A stretch of DNA of 64,000 nt from a virus: the IMG/VR virus record IMGVR_UViG_3300035671_000001, positions 18,506 to 82,505 of that record. One strand, given 5' to 3'. Under the pieces are notes generated by a model. That model was not told the DNA's origin, ran no database searches, and worked only from the letters and a program-made list of their open reading frames with translations. The translations under genes and the position numbers were made by a program. This document shows positions 27,727 through 37,867 of the stretch, one piece after another; positions within the stretch are counted from its first letter, which is position 1, and each line of letters begins with the position of its first letter.

Positions 27727-30260
27727 CCGATAGCAACGTCGTGAACATGCCGACCACGGAAGTGCGTTGGTACGACAGCTTCATCAACTTGCTCGCGGGC
27801 CTCGGCGTGATGGGGCGCGATAAGTTCGCGCATCAGCAATACTCATTCTCGTTGATGACGGTGTTGGAGCAGGAGAACGCCTATCGTGGTGATTGGCTCG
27901 CGCGCAAGGCGGTGCAGATTCCGGCTTGGGACATGACCCGCGAGTGGCGCAATTGGCAGGCTGATCCCGATCAGATCAAGCTGCTGGAGGCGATGGAGCG
28001 CAAGCTGTTTCTACAGCAGAGGGTACAAGAAGCACTGATCAAATCACGGCTCTACGGTGGTGCGGTGATGATCATCGGCGTTGATGCCGGTAAGCCAGAG
28101 GAAGAGCTTGACCTTGAAACCGTGACGTTGGACTCGTTGAAGTTCCTGCACGTGGTGTCGAAGAACAATATCGGCGTCGGCCCGATCATCTATGACATTA
28201 CCTCGAAGTATTACGGTCAGCCTGAATATTACGAGGCGCGCACGCAGCCGGTCGGCAAGGACTTCGACCAGAAGGAGAGCCTGTCGAAGAGTTCTGCTTT
28301 CAACAAGGTCAATGTGAAATTACACCCGTCACGCGTGGTCAAGCTCATTGGCGTTGATACGGCCGACCAGCTTATAGCTAACGTGTGGGGCGATAGCGTG
28401 CTGCAGCCGGTCAATGATGCGATCAAGGCTTGCGGCTTGGTCAGCGGTTCGCTCGCCACGCTGTGCTCGGAGCTGAAGATTGACGTCATCAAGATACCCG
28501 AGCTGAAGTCGATCCTGTCGACCGATGTTGGCACGCGCAAGATGTTGGGCCGGTTCGAGGCTGCCAACGTGGCCAAGAGCACGGTCAACACCATCTTGAT
28601 CGATGGCAACGAAGAATGGCAACGCATTCAGGCGTCGCTCGCGGGCGTACCGGAGATCATCGCGACTTATATGCAGGTGGTTTCTGGTGCGGTTGATATA
28701 CCTGCCGGAAGGTTTCTCGGCTTACCGCATAGGGGTTTGAATGTCACGGGAGAGGCCGATTTTCGCAACTACTACGATCGATTAGCCTCGGAGCAGAGCG
28801 TCACGCTGCAGCCAGCGATTAGCGTGCTCGACGAGGTACTGATCCGCTCGGCATTAGGTGATCGGCCGGAAGAGATTTTTTATGAGTGGAATTCGCTCTG
28901 GCAATTGAGCGATGGCGACAAGGCTGACATCGCGCTCAAGAAAGCACAGGCGTACCAAATCGACGTCAACGCTGCGCAGATTCCGCCGGTGGCGCTCGGC
29001 AACGCGCGCGCGAACCAGCTCATAGAGGATGGTTTCTATCCCGGCTTGGAGCAGGCGTTGGAGGACGCGGCGGCCGAGGGCGATACGATTGAGGAGCAAA
29101 ACGTGCCCGCGCCGATGCCGATGATGCAGCCCGGTGTTGATCCCAACACTGGCCAGCCGCTCGATCCGAATGCGCCGCCTCCCAAGGGCGGAAAAGGCGG
29201 TGCGGTGGTGCCGTTCGGCAAGAAGCCCAAGTCGCCGCAGCCCGGTCAGACCGGACAACTTCCCGCTAACGCACGCAAGAGCACAGCGCCCGGCATGAGG
29301 GGGTCCGGTGACAGTGACCCTTTTGATGATGAGGAGGACGCTGGCAACGAGTGTCACGATCCGAAGACAGGCGAGTTCTGTGGCGAGGGCGGTGGCGTTG
29401 GTGCTGGTGCGAGCGAGGGTGGTGCGGCCAAGGGTGAGGCCGGCGGCCATCCAGGCGAGGGTTATTCCAAGAGCGCCTACGTCGACAAGAATGGCGTGAT
29501 CCAAACCACGAAAGTTGAGGATGCGCTGCGCGCGCTATACCAGAACCGCAGAGTCAATTTAGATCAGCCGCGCAAGGTCTCGACGCTGATCAAGCGGCTT
29601 GGTCAAGATGTGATCGCAGCAGTTGAGAAGGGCGATAAGGCGCCTAATCTCAACATGTGCAACGTGTCGGTTTCCGGCACGAACTTGTTTTGTGCTGAGA
29701 GCAAAGGCATTCCGCGCATCAAGATGCCGCAGCTCGACGAGGTGCAGACCAAGGCGCTACTCAAGAGCTTGAAGGACGACGGCTACACGGTCACCAAGGA
29801 GAAGGAAGAGGCATCGCACTTAAAGGCGACGCAGGACGAGCTGTCGGGTGTCAAGGTGTGGCAGCAAGTGCAGAAGGCTAAGCTCGATCCCAAGCGGTTG
29901 GACAAGCGGCTAGTGGTGTCGAAGGACGGTTATATCTTGGACGGCCATCATCACTGGGCGGCTAAGATTGGGATCGACGCCAAGGACAACAAGCTCACCG
30001 GTAAGATGCGGATCTCGCGGGTGAACATCAGCATCACGGATTTGCTGCAGCGGGCCAAGGCGTTCTCCGGGCCGGCCAAGTCGGCGACGCAAGAGGTGAA
30101 GATTTATTTCAAGAAGAAGAAGGACGGCGCTCCCGAAGTCAGTGACGGCATCTTCGATCTTGATGATCACTTCGATCGACTAGGCGATTTCCATTTTGAT
30201 GCAGCATCGGCGGCCGAGGAGGACGCCGATCTCGCTCCCTTTCGACTTCGAGCCCGCTGA
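27723..30260 (+). CDS. portal protein (DUF1073-like) with C-terminal cargo (ParB-like domain)
   Basis: YRGDWLARKAV.IPA.DMTREWR, SRLYGGA, LHPSRV, IPAGRFLG...GLNVTGEAD.RNYYD; ILDGHHHWAA in the extension. Confidence 0.85.
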   Translation: MTDSNVVNMPTTEVRWYDSFINLLAGLGVMGRDKFAHQQYSFSLMTVLEQENAYRGDWLARKAVQIPAWDMTREWRNWQADPDQIKLLEAMERKLFLQQRVQEALIKSRLYGGAVMIIGVDAGKPEEELDLETVTLDSLKFLHVVSKNNIGVGPIIYDITSKYYGQPEYYEARTQPVGKDFDQKESLSKSSAFNKVNVKLHPSRVVKLIGVDTADQLIANVWGDSVLQPVNDAIKACGLVSGSLATLCSELKIDVIKIPELKSILSTDVGTRKMLGRFEAANVAKSTVNTILIDGNEEWQRIQASLAGVPEIIATYMQVVSGAVDIPAGRFLGLPHRGLNVTGEADFRNYYDRLASEQSVTLQPAISVLDEVLIRSALGDRPEEIFYEWNSLWQLSDGDKADIALKKAQAYQIDVNAAQIPPVALGNARANQLIEDGFYPGLEQALEDAAAEGDTIEEQNVPAPMPMMQPGVDPNTGQPLDPNAPPPKGGKGGAVVPFGKKPKSPQPGQTGQLPANARKSTAPGMRGSGDSDPFDDEEDAGNECHDPKTGEFCGEGGGVGAGASEGGAAKGEAGGHPGEGYSKSAYVDKNGVIQTTKVEDALRALYQNRRVNLDQPRKVSTLIKRLGQDVIAAVEKGDKAPNLNMCNVSVSGTNLFCAESKGIPRIKMPQLDEVQTKALLKSLKDDGYTVTKEKEEASHLKATQDELSGVKVWQQVQKAKLDPKRLDKRLVVSKDGYILDGHHHWAAKIGIDAKDNKLTGKMRISRVNISITDLLQRAKAFSGPAKSATQEVKIYFKKKKDGAPEVSDGIFDLDDHFDRLGDFHFDAASAAEEDADLAPFRLRAR

Positions 30261-31575
30261 CTTCAATCCCAGTCACGATCCGCATAGCGGTGAGTTCACT
30301 AGCGAAGGCGGTGGCAGTGGCGGCGGTGCTGCTGTCGAGCATGGCATGCATGAGGCGTCGGCACGGGCGTTTGTCGAGTCGCGCGATGTGTCAACTCGTC
30401 AGCAGTTTCTGTCCCCACATCCGGCTGAGGAGATGGGCGGGCATACGATGCTCACCAACAAGGATGGCACAGTCGGTGTCTCAGTTGATCCGCACGGCGA
30501 TATTCAGAATGTTTTCAACAATGGCGGCCCGAAAGGCGGCGCTGCGAAGGCGATGGTGGCTGCGATCGAGCACGGCGGAAAGACGTTGGATTGTTACGAC
30601 GGCTTCTTGCCGAGCTACTACCACCAGTTCGGATTTCAAGAAGATCAGCGGATGAAATTTAATCGCGACTTTGCTCCGAAAAACTGGGATTATGCCAAGC
30701 ACAACGAACCTGACATCGTATTCATGTCGTGGCGTGGATACGGTGCAGGTGGCGCCAAGGGTGCGCTGACACAAGTGGCCAATCGCAAGGACTGGTCGAA
30801 GCCAACAAGGGCAACAAAATATGGTGACAACTGGGATGCCGCCAAAGCCGCCAGCAGAACAGCAGCGCACAGCGGAAGAGCAAGAGATCATCGACTTGCT
30901 GACGACAACTACTGGGCACGAATTGAGCGAGCAGGAGATCGAATTGGCGTTGGAGCAGGCGCGCGCTCTGGGCGAACTTTAATTGACGAGAACGAATGCC
31001 ACGATCCAGGTAGCGGGGAGTTTTGCAGCACGGGTGGTGGTGGCGCGAGCACCGAAGTCGATCCGGCCAAGCCCATCGATCCCGGCACCAGCGATGTCAT
31101 TAGTCCGAACGAAAAGAAGTCCCTCGACAAGTATCAGAGCAAGAATGGGTTCAAGAAGTTCAACAAGCCGTTGCGCGAGGGGGCTGCTCCTAGTGCGGAC
31201 GCCAACAACCTGAGCAGCGCGATTGCTAAGCACAGTCTAGCGAAGGATGTGACGGTGTACCGTGGGATGGGCAACACCGTGTCGGCCCAGCTCGCGACCG
31301 CGTGGGACAACAAGAAGTCGGGCGAGTCGGTCACGTTCACGGAGAAGGGTTTCCTCAGCACGTCGCGAAGCAGAGGGGCAGCCGCGACGTTTAGCAACCA
31401 ACTGCTCGAACTCAAGGTCCCGAAGGGGTACAGGGCGCTGCCGATGGCGCGAGCGAAAGGTATGGGTGGTGAAGCAGAAATCCTGCTCGATCGGAATACC
31501 AAGTTCAAGGTGATCGGCGTCGGCCCTGGTGTCACGAAGGGCAGTAGGCTTTTTAGGGTGGAGCTGGTGCAATGA
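30196..31575 (+). CDS. cargo polyprotein: GNAT-like domain plus ADP-ribosyltransferase (start uncertain, possibly frameshift-fused to the portal)
   Basis: TLDCYDGFLPSYYHQFGF; R-S-E ART motifs VYRG, GFLSTS and EAEILL. Confidence 0.75.
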   Translation: MMQHRRPRRTPISLPFDFEPADFNPSHDPHSGEFTSEGGGSGGGAAVEHGMHEASARAFVESRDVSTRQQFLSPHPAEEMGGHTMLTNKDGTVGVSVDPHGDIQNVFNNGGPKGGAAKAMVAAIEHGGKTLDCYDGFLPSYYHQFGFQEDQRMKFNRDFAPKNWDYAKHNEPDIVFMSWRGYGAGGAKGALTQVANRKDWSKPTRATKYGDNWDAAKAASRTAAHSGRARDHRLADDNYWARIERAGDRIGVGAGARSGRTLIDENECHDPGSGEFCSTGGGGASTEVDPAKPIDPGTSDVISPNEKKSLDKYQSKNGFKKFNKPLREGAAPSADANNLSSAIAKHSLAKDVTVYRGMGNTVSAQLATAWDNKKSGESVTFTEKGFLSTSRSRGAAATFSNQLLELKVPKGYRALPMARAKGMGGEAEILLDRNTKFKVIGVGPGVTKGSRLFRVELVQ

Positions 31576-31715
31576 TCGACAAGAAGCCAGAGCCAGGGCG
31601 CTTCAACTGGGAGGAGGGCGACAAGGTGGAGGTTGTCGTCGAGTCCGAGCACAGTAAGACGAGCAAGACTACCAAAGACACCACCGACACCCATCGCAGG
31701 CGGGACGAGGAGTGA
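31572..31715 (+). CDS. small protein coupled to the ART gene
   Basis: 47 aa MIDKKPEPGRFNWEEGDKVEVV...; overlapping start and stop on both sides. Confidence 0.5.
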   Translation: MIDKKPEPGRFNWEEGDKVEVVVESEHSKTSKTTKDTTDTHRRRDEE

Positions 31716-32554
31716 GCGATCCAACGGGCACCGCTAGACTGCGGCGCTCGTTTCAGGCTGAGGGCAATCGCCGTCTCGCGCGCGTGCGCTCGTTGACGCA
31801 CACCGTCTTGGTCGAGCACGATCTGATGGCGGCGCGTAACGATCCGTTGGTGGCGCTGCTACCTCCTCCTGGCCATCGACTGGCGACGTTCACTCAGTGG
31901 TTCGAGCGCACGATTAACGAGCAGCTCGTCAACACGCCGTGGTGGGAGAAGTTTCTCGAACGCGCCTACGAGTCTGGGGTCGCTGCTGGCGGTGAGCTGA
32001 CGCGGAGCCCTCCTCGCAGCTACACACCAGTTCCGGCGGTGTACCGCGAGTTTGCCAAACGCGAATTCGCGGGCATCGCTGCCGCCACGATGCAACAGGT
32101 GAGCAGGCAGGCGGCGGCTGCAGCGATTGGCAGGCGCAAGCCGCTCCCGATGTATCAGCGGGTGCTCGCTGTGCTGCGCAAGATCGGGCATACGCGCATG
32201 AAGGCGGCGGCCAATACGATGGCGGTGCAACTGCACAATGCGGGACGGTTGGCGGCGTTTCGTGAGGCTGGGATTACGCAGGTTGGTATCGATCCGGAGC
32301 GGTTAGAGCCAGCACGGCCGTCACGTTTCATCAAGCACGATCATCGCCTGCACGATCAAACGGAAGAGGAAGAAGTTGACTGGGTGACTGCCGGTGATGA
32401 GCTGGTGTGTCCGATCTGTGAATCGTTGGCGGAGCAAAGCCCTTACAAGATCGATCTCGCGGAGGCGCTGCTACCAGCTCACATCAATTGCAGATGCAGT
32501 CTACTTCCCGCTGGGCTGCTGTCGCTGGAGGAGCGCCTTGGAGAGTCGGAATGA
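31712..32554 (+). CDS. head morphogenesis protein (MuF/SPP1 gp7-like)
   Basis: WVTAGD..VCPIC...PAHINCRC C-terminal signature. Confidence 0.85.
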   Translation: MSDPTGTARLRRSFQAEGNRRLARVRSLTHTVLVEHDLMAARNDPLVALLPPPGHRLATFTQWFERTINEQLVNTPWWEKFLERAYESGVAAGGELTRSPPRSYTPVPAVYREFAKREFAGIAAATMQQVSRQAAAAAIGRRKPLPMYQRVLAVLRKIGHTRMKAAANTMAVQLHNAGRLAAFREAGITQVGIDPERLEPARPSRFIKHDHRLHDQTEEEEVDWVTAGDELVCPICESLAEQSPYKIDLAEALLPAHINCRCSLLPAGLLSLEERLGESE

Positions 32555-32712
32555 TCGTCGAGTTCAACATCATGCGGATCGATGATCGCTTCTTCGCGGT
32601 CGCGATCATGAATGATGGCCCGGTGATCGAGATCGGCTTGTTCGACGAGTTCGATGATGCCGAGCTGGCCTGCGCGCGCTTCCGATTGGAGTACGACAGG
32701 CGGCTGCACTGA
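32551..32712 (+). CDS. small hypothetical protein
   Basis: Coupled ORF MIVEFNIMRI... Confidence 0.4.
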   Translation: MIVEFNIMRIDDRFFAVAIMNDGPVIEIGLFDEFDDAELACARFRLEYDRRLH

Positions 32713-32723
32713 GGGAGGAAACC

Positions 32724-32903
32724 ATGACGCTCGGGCTTTGCTTCTGGATCATCATGCTGATCTGGTTCGTGTTCGGATTGGCAATCCACTTCGCCTTCGT
32801 GGCCGGCACGTACGGCGCGATCGGCGGCACGCTGCTGTTGTTCATCTTGTTCTTGATCCTCGGTTGGCAGGTCTTCGGGCCGCCGCTGCGCCGGGGATCG
32901 TGA
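32724..32903 (+). CDS. small two-TM membrane protein (holin-like?)
   Basis: GGAGG RBS; MTLGLCFWIIMLIWFVFG...LGWQVFGPP. Confidence 0.6.
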   Translation: MTLGLCFWIIMLIWFVFGLAIHFAFVAGTYGAIGGTLLLFILFLILGWQVFGPPLRRGS

Positions 32904-33240
32904 TGGACCGCTCGACCAAGGCAGCCATCGTCATCTTCGTGGTCGTGGTGGTTTTCGTCCTGGCTCTCGCCACCTACGGCTATTGGAGCGGGGCGTGGGA
33001 CACCGAGCTGTCGCCGCCATGAGCTGGAACAACCACGACGCCATCCACCGCCACGCCTGCCACGCGCACGAGGACTTCCGCGCGCTGCGCCACGACCGCG
33101 ACAACGAGGCGCTCTGGCACTCGATGTCGCATCATTTACGCCACGTTGTCTTCCGCTCCGGCCATGAGGTCGATCAACCCAGGCGTCGTCACGTCCGCCG
33201 CGCGCACGTAGACAAATCGCACAGATAGGAGAGCTGCCCC

Positions 33241-35067
33241 ATGCCCTACAGCTCGACGAAGAGTCTGCCGTCTGCGGCTAAGAATCTGCCCGAGGCTGCC
33301 AAGAAAATTTGGCTTTCAGCGTTCAACGCTGCAAGCAAAAGCGGAAAGTACACCGAGGAACAAGCCTTCGCTATAGCGATGGCGGCAGTGAAAAATCGGT
33401 ATAAGCAGGTGCAGGGCAAGTGGGTGGCGAAGACCGACAGCGAGCCGCTGTTGCCGCTGTCAGACGAGGAGTTTCCGCTTGAAGTCAAATCCATGCCTGC
33501 GGCTGCCAAGAGCATTTTCAAGGCAGCATTCCGCAAGGCGCGAAAGGAGAAGCCCGACAGTCTGGCTGCCATTCTCGCTCTCACAGCGGTGAAGAAGCAT
33601 TTCACGCGGATCGAGGGTGAAGAGGGCGAGGAGTGGGTGAAGAAGGAGGAGGCCGAATCCGCGCGGGAGGAAGAGATTGCTTCGATTCTTGCTGCCGTCG
33701 AGAGCGCAGGAGGAAACGAAGGTGAGGGCGAAGGCGACGACGAGGGCGGAGGTGAGGGCGGCGGAGGTGGTGGCAGTGAGAGCGCTGATCCTAAGAAGAA
33801 GCGCACAGGCGAGACTGCTGAGCCCGGATACACCAAGACCACCAAGACGACAGAGACGACGGAGAGTAGGGCCGCTGGCGCGACGGACAGTATTCAGCTC
33901 ACCGAGATGTTCACGCTCGATGCCGATACGTCCAAGCGCTTCGGGATGCACGTCACACCGAACGGTTATCTCGTTGCCGAGCCGCGCGTCGCGCGCACTG
34001 GCATTCAGCTTTACAAGGGCTTCGAAGTCGGTCTTCCGAACATCGATGTGATCCGGATTTATCGGCCCGATGCTGAGGTGTTCGACAAGCGCGCTATGGC
34101 GTCGCTCGCGCACCGGCCGATCACGCTCGATCATCCCAACGAGAGCGTCGATCCTTCGAATTGGAAAAAGTATGCCGTCGGGCATTCGACTGGCGACATC
34201 GCGCGCGATGGCGAATTCATTCGAGTGCCGCTGACGCTGATGGATGCAACCGCCATCAATGCGGTGAAGTCCGGCACCACGCAGCTCTCTGTTGGCTACG
34301 GCGCCAAGCTGGTCTGGGGCCAAGGCGAGACCAGCGACGGCCAGCTCTACGACGCAATGCAGACGGACATCAGAGCGAATCACATTGCTCTAGTGCGAGC
34401 CGCACGTGGCGGCGACAAGCTCCGAATGGGAGACAGTCATGAAAGGAGAAAACCTATGACTGAGCGAACATTGAACCTCGATGGCGTTAACATCGCCCTT
34501 GAGGATAAAGACGGACAAATTCTGGAGCGTCATCTTAAGACGCTCAACGATAGTACGGCTGATTTGCGTAAGCTGCTCACCGACGCTCAAGCCGAGAAAG
34601 TCTCGCTCGACGCCAAGGTAGCGGAGCTGACCAAGTCAGTCGGGCTGAAGGACGGTGAGATCGAGGCGCTCAAGCAGAAGCTTGAGGACAACAAGATCAC
34701 GCCGCAGAAGGTCGACGAGGAGATCAACATCCGGATGGATGTGGTTGATCGCGCCACGAGCTTTTTCTCTGACACTAAGTACGTGTGGAAGGGCAAGAGC
34801 AACGAGCAAATCCGGCGTGACGTTGTTGCAGCTCGTATGGGCGACCAGCGGGCCAAGGCAATGGACGATCCGCGCGTCGAGGGTGCATTCCTGAGCATCA
34901 CCGATCAGCCGGGTGAGCAGGACGGTTTCCGTCGTATGGCGGACTCGTTCTCGGGGCGGCCAGCCAATGGCGGCTACAACGACAAGGCGGCGGCGGCCTA
35001 CGACAAGCGCAACGAAGAGCTTTCGACTCGTTGGATGCGCAACAAGGGCAAGGCCGCTTCCGTCTAA
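33241..35067 (+). CDS. ChaB-like repeats fused to a DUF2213 prohead protease/scaffold
   Basis: MPYSS...LP..AKKIW..AFN ChaB pattern twice; ARTGIQLY, ITLDHP, LSVGY and NHIALV..ARGG motifs; coiled-coil tail. Confidence 0.85.
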   Translation: MPYSSTKSLPSAAKNLPEAAKKIWLSAFNAASKSGKYTEEQAFAIAMAAVKNRYKQVQGKWVAKTDSEPLLPLSDEEFPLEVKSMPAAAKSIFKAAFRKARKEKPDSLAAILALTAVKKHFTRIEGEEGEEWVKKEEAESAREEEIASILAAVESAGGNEGEGEGDDEGGGEGGGGGGSESADPKKKRTGETAEPGYTKTTKTTETTESRAAGATDSIQLTEMFTLDADTSKRFGMHVTPNGYLVAEPRVARTGIQLYKGFEVGLPNIDVIRIYRPDAEVFDKRAMASLAHRPITLDHPNESVDPSNWKKYAVGHSTGDIARDGEFIRVPLTLMDATAINAVKSGTTQLSVGYGAKLVWGQGETSDGQLYDAMQTDIRANHIALVRAARGGDKLRMGDSHERRKPMTERTLNLDGVNIALEDKDGQILERHLKTLNDSTADLRKLLTDAQAEKVSLDAKVAELTKSVGLKDGEIEALKQKLEDNKITPQKVDEEINIRMDVVDRATSFFSDTKYVWKGKSNEQIRRDVVAARMGDQRAKAMDDPRVEGAFLSITDQPGEQDGFRRMADSFSGRPANGGYNDKAAAAYDKRNEELSTRWMRNKGKAASV

Positions 35068-35131
35068 TCCCTTTCCGACGTTCTCCTGACTTCCCCAAAC
35101 ATTCGTAGCTACTAGCAAAGGAGGCATAACA

Positions 35132-35602
35132 ATGCCTGCTGTTCAGACGACTTATGCAGCCACGATGCAGCCGGGCCTTGAGGGTCAGATTGCAACGATG
35201 CTCGACGACGATGATGTGGAAACCCGCATTGTCGAAACGGCGGCCGGAATCGCCTTTGGCCGCGCAGTCTCGGAGGGCGCCAACGCGCGCGGCGCCATCC
35301 TCGGCGGGGCCACGAAGTTCATCGGCCTCTCTGCACGTAGCGTCACCGAGGTCATCACGGCCGTGCAGACGGTCGATATGTACCAACGCTACCAGAACAT
35401 GGGCGTGATGCTGGAAGGTGACATGTGGGTGCGGCCAGTCGCGGCCGTCACGCACGGTGCACCGGCAACTTACGACTCGACCACCGGGCAGCTCAACCCG
35501 GCCTCCGCTGGCGTGGCCATCGCGAACTCACGCTACCTCACCTCGGCGGGCGCGGGTGCGTTGGCCCTGCTCCGGCTGACGGCGACTGCGGCGGGCGCGT
35601 AA
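35132..35602 (+). CDS. capsid decoration/cement protein
   Basis: IAFGRAV and GDMWV motifs; lies between protease and capsid genes. Confidence 0.75.
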   Translation: MPAVQTTYAATMQPGLEGQIATMLDDDDVETRIVETAAGIAFGRAVSEGANARGAILGGATKFIGLSARSVTEVITAVQTVDMYQRYQNMGVMLEGDMWVRPVAAVTHGAPATYDSTTGQLNPASAGVAIANSRYLTSAGAGALALLRLTATAAGA

Positions 35603-35641
35603 GTCGTTCGCTTCCCCACGCACACGCAAGGAGATATCACG

Positions 35642-36598
35642 ATGAACTATCACGCCTCATTCCATGATGCTCAGTCGGCTCTGAGTTTCATGCAGCAACA
35701 GGCTTCCTACATAGAGCCGGTTGTTTACGCCACGCAGTACCCCGAGATTCAATATCCGGACCTCGTGCCCGTAGACACCTCTGGCAACGAGTGGGCGAAA
35801 TCCAAAACGTTTTACAGCTCCGACAAAGTCGGGCAGGCGGCTTGGTTTCATCACTTGGCCAATGACGTTCCGATGGCCGACATCGTGCGAAGCAAGTTCG
35901 AGATGGGCCTCGAAATGGCGGCGATCGGCTACTATTACACGCTCGAAGAGATCGGTGTAGCGCAGCAAATTCCCAACATGAACCTCACCACCGAACGTGC
36001 TGATGCGGCACGGCGGGCCTACGAGGAGTTCATGGAGCGGATCGTCTTCACCGGTGACACGACCAAGAACTGGACCGGGTTGACCAACGACACCACCGTC
36101 ACCGCCGGCAACGCCATCGCAGATGGCACTGGTTCGTCGGCGCTGTGGACGGCCAAGGTGGCCAACCCCGATCTGATTATTCGGGACGTCAACTCGATCC
36201 TGACCGGCATCTACACCGCATCGAACACGGTGGAAATGGCGGACACGCTGCTGTTGCCGATCAACAGCTTCACTCTGCTAGCGAACACACGCTTGCCTAA
36301 CACGACGGCGAACGTGCTCGGTTGGCTCCAGCAATACAATACCTACACCGCGATCACGAACCAGCAGCTCACCATCCGCGCGGTGCGGGGCCTCGATACG
36401 GCAGGCGCCGGCGCCACCGCGCGCATTGTGGCGTATCGCAACGACCCGTCGATCCTCAAGCTGCATCTGCCGATGCCGCACAAGTTCCTCGGTGTCATGC
36501 AAGTGACGGCACTGCGCTATGACATCCCCGGAATCTTCCGCACTGGTGGACTTGAGATCAGGCGGCCGGGGAGCGTTCGCTACCTAGACGGAATCTAG
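35642..36598 (+). CDS. major capsid protein (DUF2184-like)
   Basis: IEPVVYATQYPEI, YTLEEI, ADTLLLP, GGLEIRRPGSVRYLDGI. Confidence 0.88.
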   Translation: MNYHASFHDAQSALSFMQQQASYIEPVVYATQYPEIQYPDLVPVDTSGNEWAKSKTFYSSDKVGQAAWFHHLANDVPMADIVRSKFEMGLEMAAIGYYYTLEEIGVAQQIPNMNLTTERADAARRAYEEFMERIVFTGDTTKNWTGLTNDTTVTAGNAIADGTGSSALWTAKVANPDLIIRDVNSILTGIYTASNTVEMADTLLLPINSFTLLANTRLPNTTANVLGWLQQYNTYTAITNQQLTIRAVRGLDTAGAGATARIVAYRNDPSILKLHLPMPHKFLGVMQVTALRYDIPGIFRTGGLEIRRPGSVRYLDGI

Positions 36599-36658
36599 CG
36601 CCCGCGAAAACAGTAAGGGCAAAGCTGATCGTTTCGGTTTTTCACAAGGAGCACAGCC

Positions 36659-37111
36659 ATGGCTGAGCAAGAAGTTGCAAAGCGTAAGATCAAGGTGAAG
36701 AACGTCAGTCCGAATGGGCAGCGTTTCCTATTCGACGCGACCGGCAAGCAGCATCTGCTTGGCCCCGGTCAAGAGGCCGAAGTCGAAGTTGCGGAGCCGG
36801 TGGCAAAGCAGATGGAGGAGCAATCCAAAGCTGGCTCCGATCTCCGCATTGATGGTCATGATCCTGAGGAGCCGCCGAAGAACGAGGCAGCGCCAGAGGT
36901 GCCGAAGGAGCACGAGAGCCGCGTTGCTCTGGCGGAAAAGGAGCGCGATCTGATGGAGGCTGGCCAGGAGGCCGATAAGGATCGGCGCGAGAAGGACGCC
37001 AAGAAGTCCGGCCCGCAGCGTAGGGCCGAGACCGGCATCCACATGTACGCGGATGGGGTTGAGCCAGAAGTCATTGCTTCCCCGCCGGACGCTCCTCCGA
37101 AAAAGAAGTAA
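36659..37111 (+). CDS. hypothetical virion-module protein
   Basis: AAGGAG RBS; directly follows the capsid gene. Confidence 0.65.
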   Translation: MAEQEVAKRKIKVKNVSPNGQRFLFDATGKQHLLGPGQEAEVEVAEPVAKQMEEQSKAGSDLRIDGHDPEEPPKNEAAPEVPKEHESRVALAEKERDLMEAGQEADKDRREKDAKKSGPQRRAETGIHMYADGVEPEVIASPPDAPPKKK

Positions 37112-37189
37112 GCGCCGCCCAGGCGTTTTCGTTGAGGGGCGGCTACCTCGCCCCGTTTTTCTATTCCTAACGCACAGGAGGCCATCCCC

Positions 37190-37867
37190 ATGGCTAATGC
37201 GGTCTATCCACGTTGGAAACAAAGTCTCATGACCGAGGCAGACACCAACAAGTCGCTCGATCAGAGCAGCACCAGCGCGCCGTTCGCGGCACTCGTCACC
37301 ACGTCGGGCGGCTACACCTACAGTGCCTCGCACCAGTTCTACAACTCACTCACCAATATCGTCGGCACCGACGTCGCCATTACTACACCCACCGTGTTGA
37401 ACGGACTGTTCGATGGCGACGACGTCACCTTTACTTCGGTGACCGGCACGGTGGTCGGTGCGATTGTGATCTATCGCAAGAACGCTGGCGCCAACACGAC
37501 GTGGCGGCTGGTGCTGTACGAGGACACGAGCGTCACTGGGTTGCCGGTCACGCCGAATGGAGGAAACATAGTTATTACCTGGAATGCGAGTGGTATCTTC
37601 CAACTTAGCGACAAAGTTGTAAAAGAAAACATTCATAGTCTCGGCTTCTTCGGTCCTGCCGAGCTTGTCGCATACAAGTATCGTGATCACGACGAGTTGC
37701 AGATTGGCTTCATCGCGCAACAGGTAGAGACCTTCGCTCCGCATGCCGTGCGTGAGTTGGGCGGCCTGCGCCACGTGGACTATGCTTCCGCCTTCGCGGC
37801 CGCTGCCGCGTTGGGAGGGATGCATGATCGCGACGGAATGGCTGTACTGGATCGCCGGGTTGCTTGA
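37190..37867 (+). CDS. virion structural protein with C-terminal intramolecular chaperone (peptidase S74-like)
   Basis: GLPVTPNGGNI followed by SDKVVKENI...GFIAQQV...VDY. Confidence 0.7.
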   Translation: MANAVYPRWKQSLMTEADTNKSLDQSSTSAPFAALVTTSGGYTYSASHQFYNSLTNIVGTDVAITTPTVLNGLFDGDDVTFTSVTGTVVGAIVIYRKNAGANTTWRLVLYEDTSVTGLPVTPNGGNIVITWNASGIFQLSDKVVKENIHSLGFFGPAELVAYKYRDHDELQIGFIAQQVETFAPHAVRELGGLRHVDYASAFAAAAALGGMHDRDGMAVLDRRVA

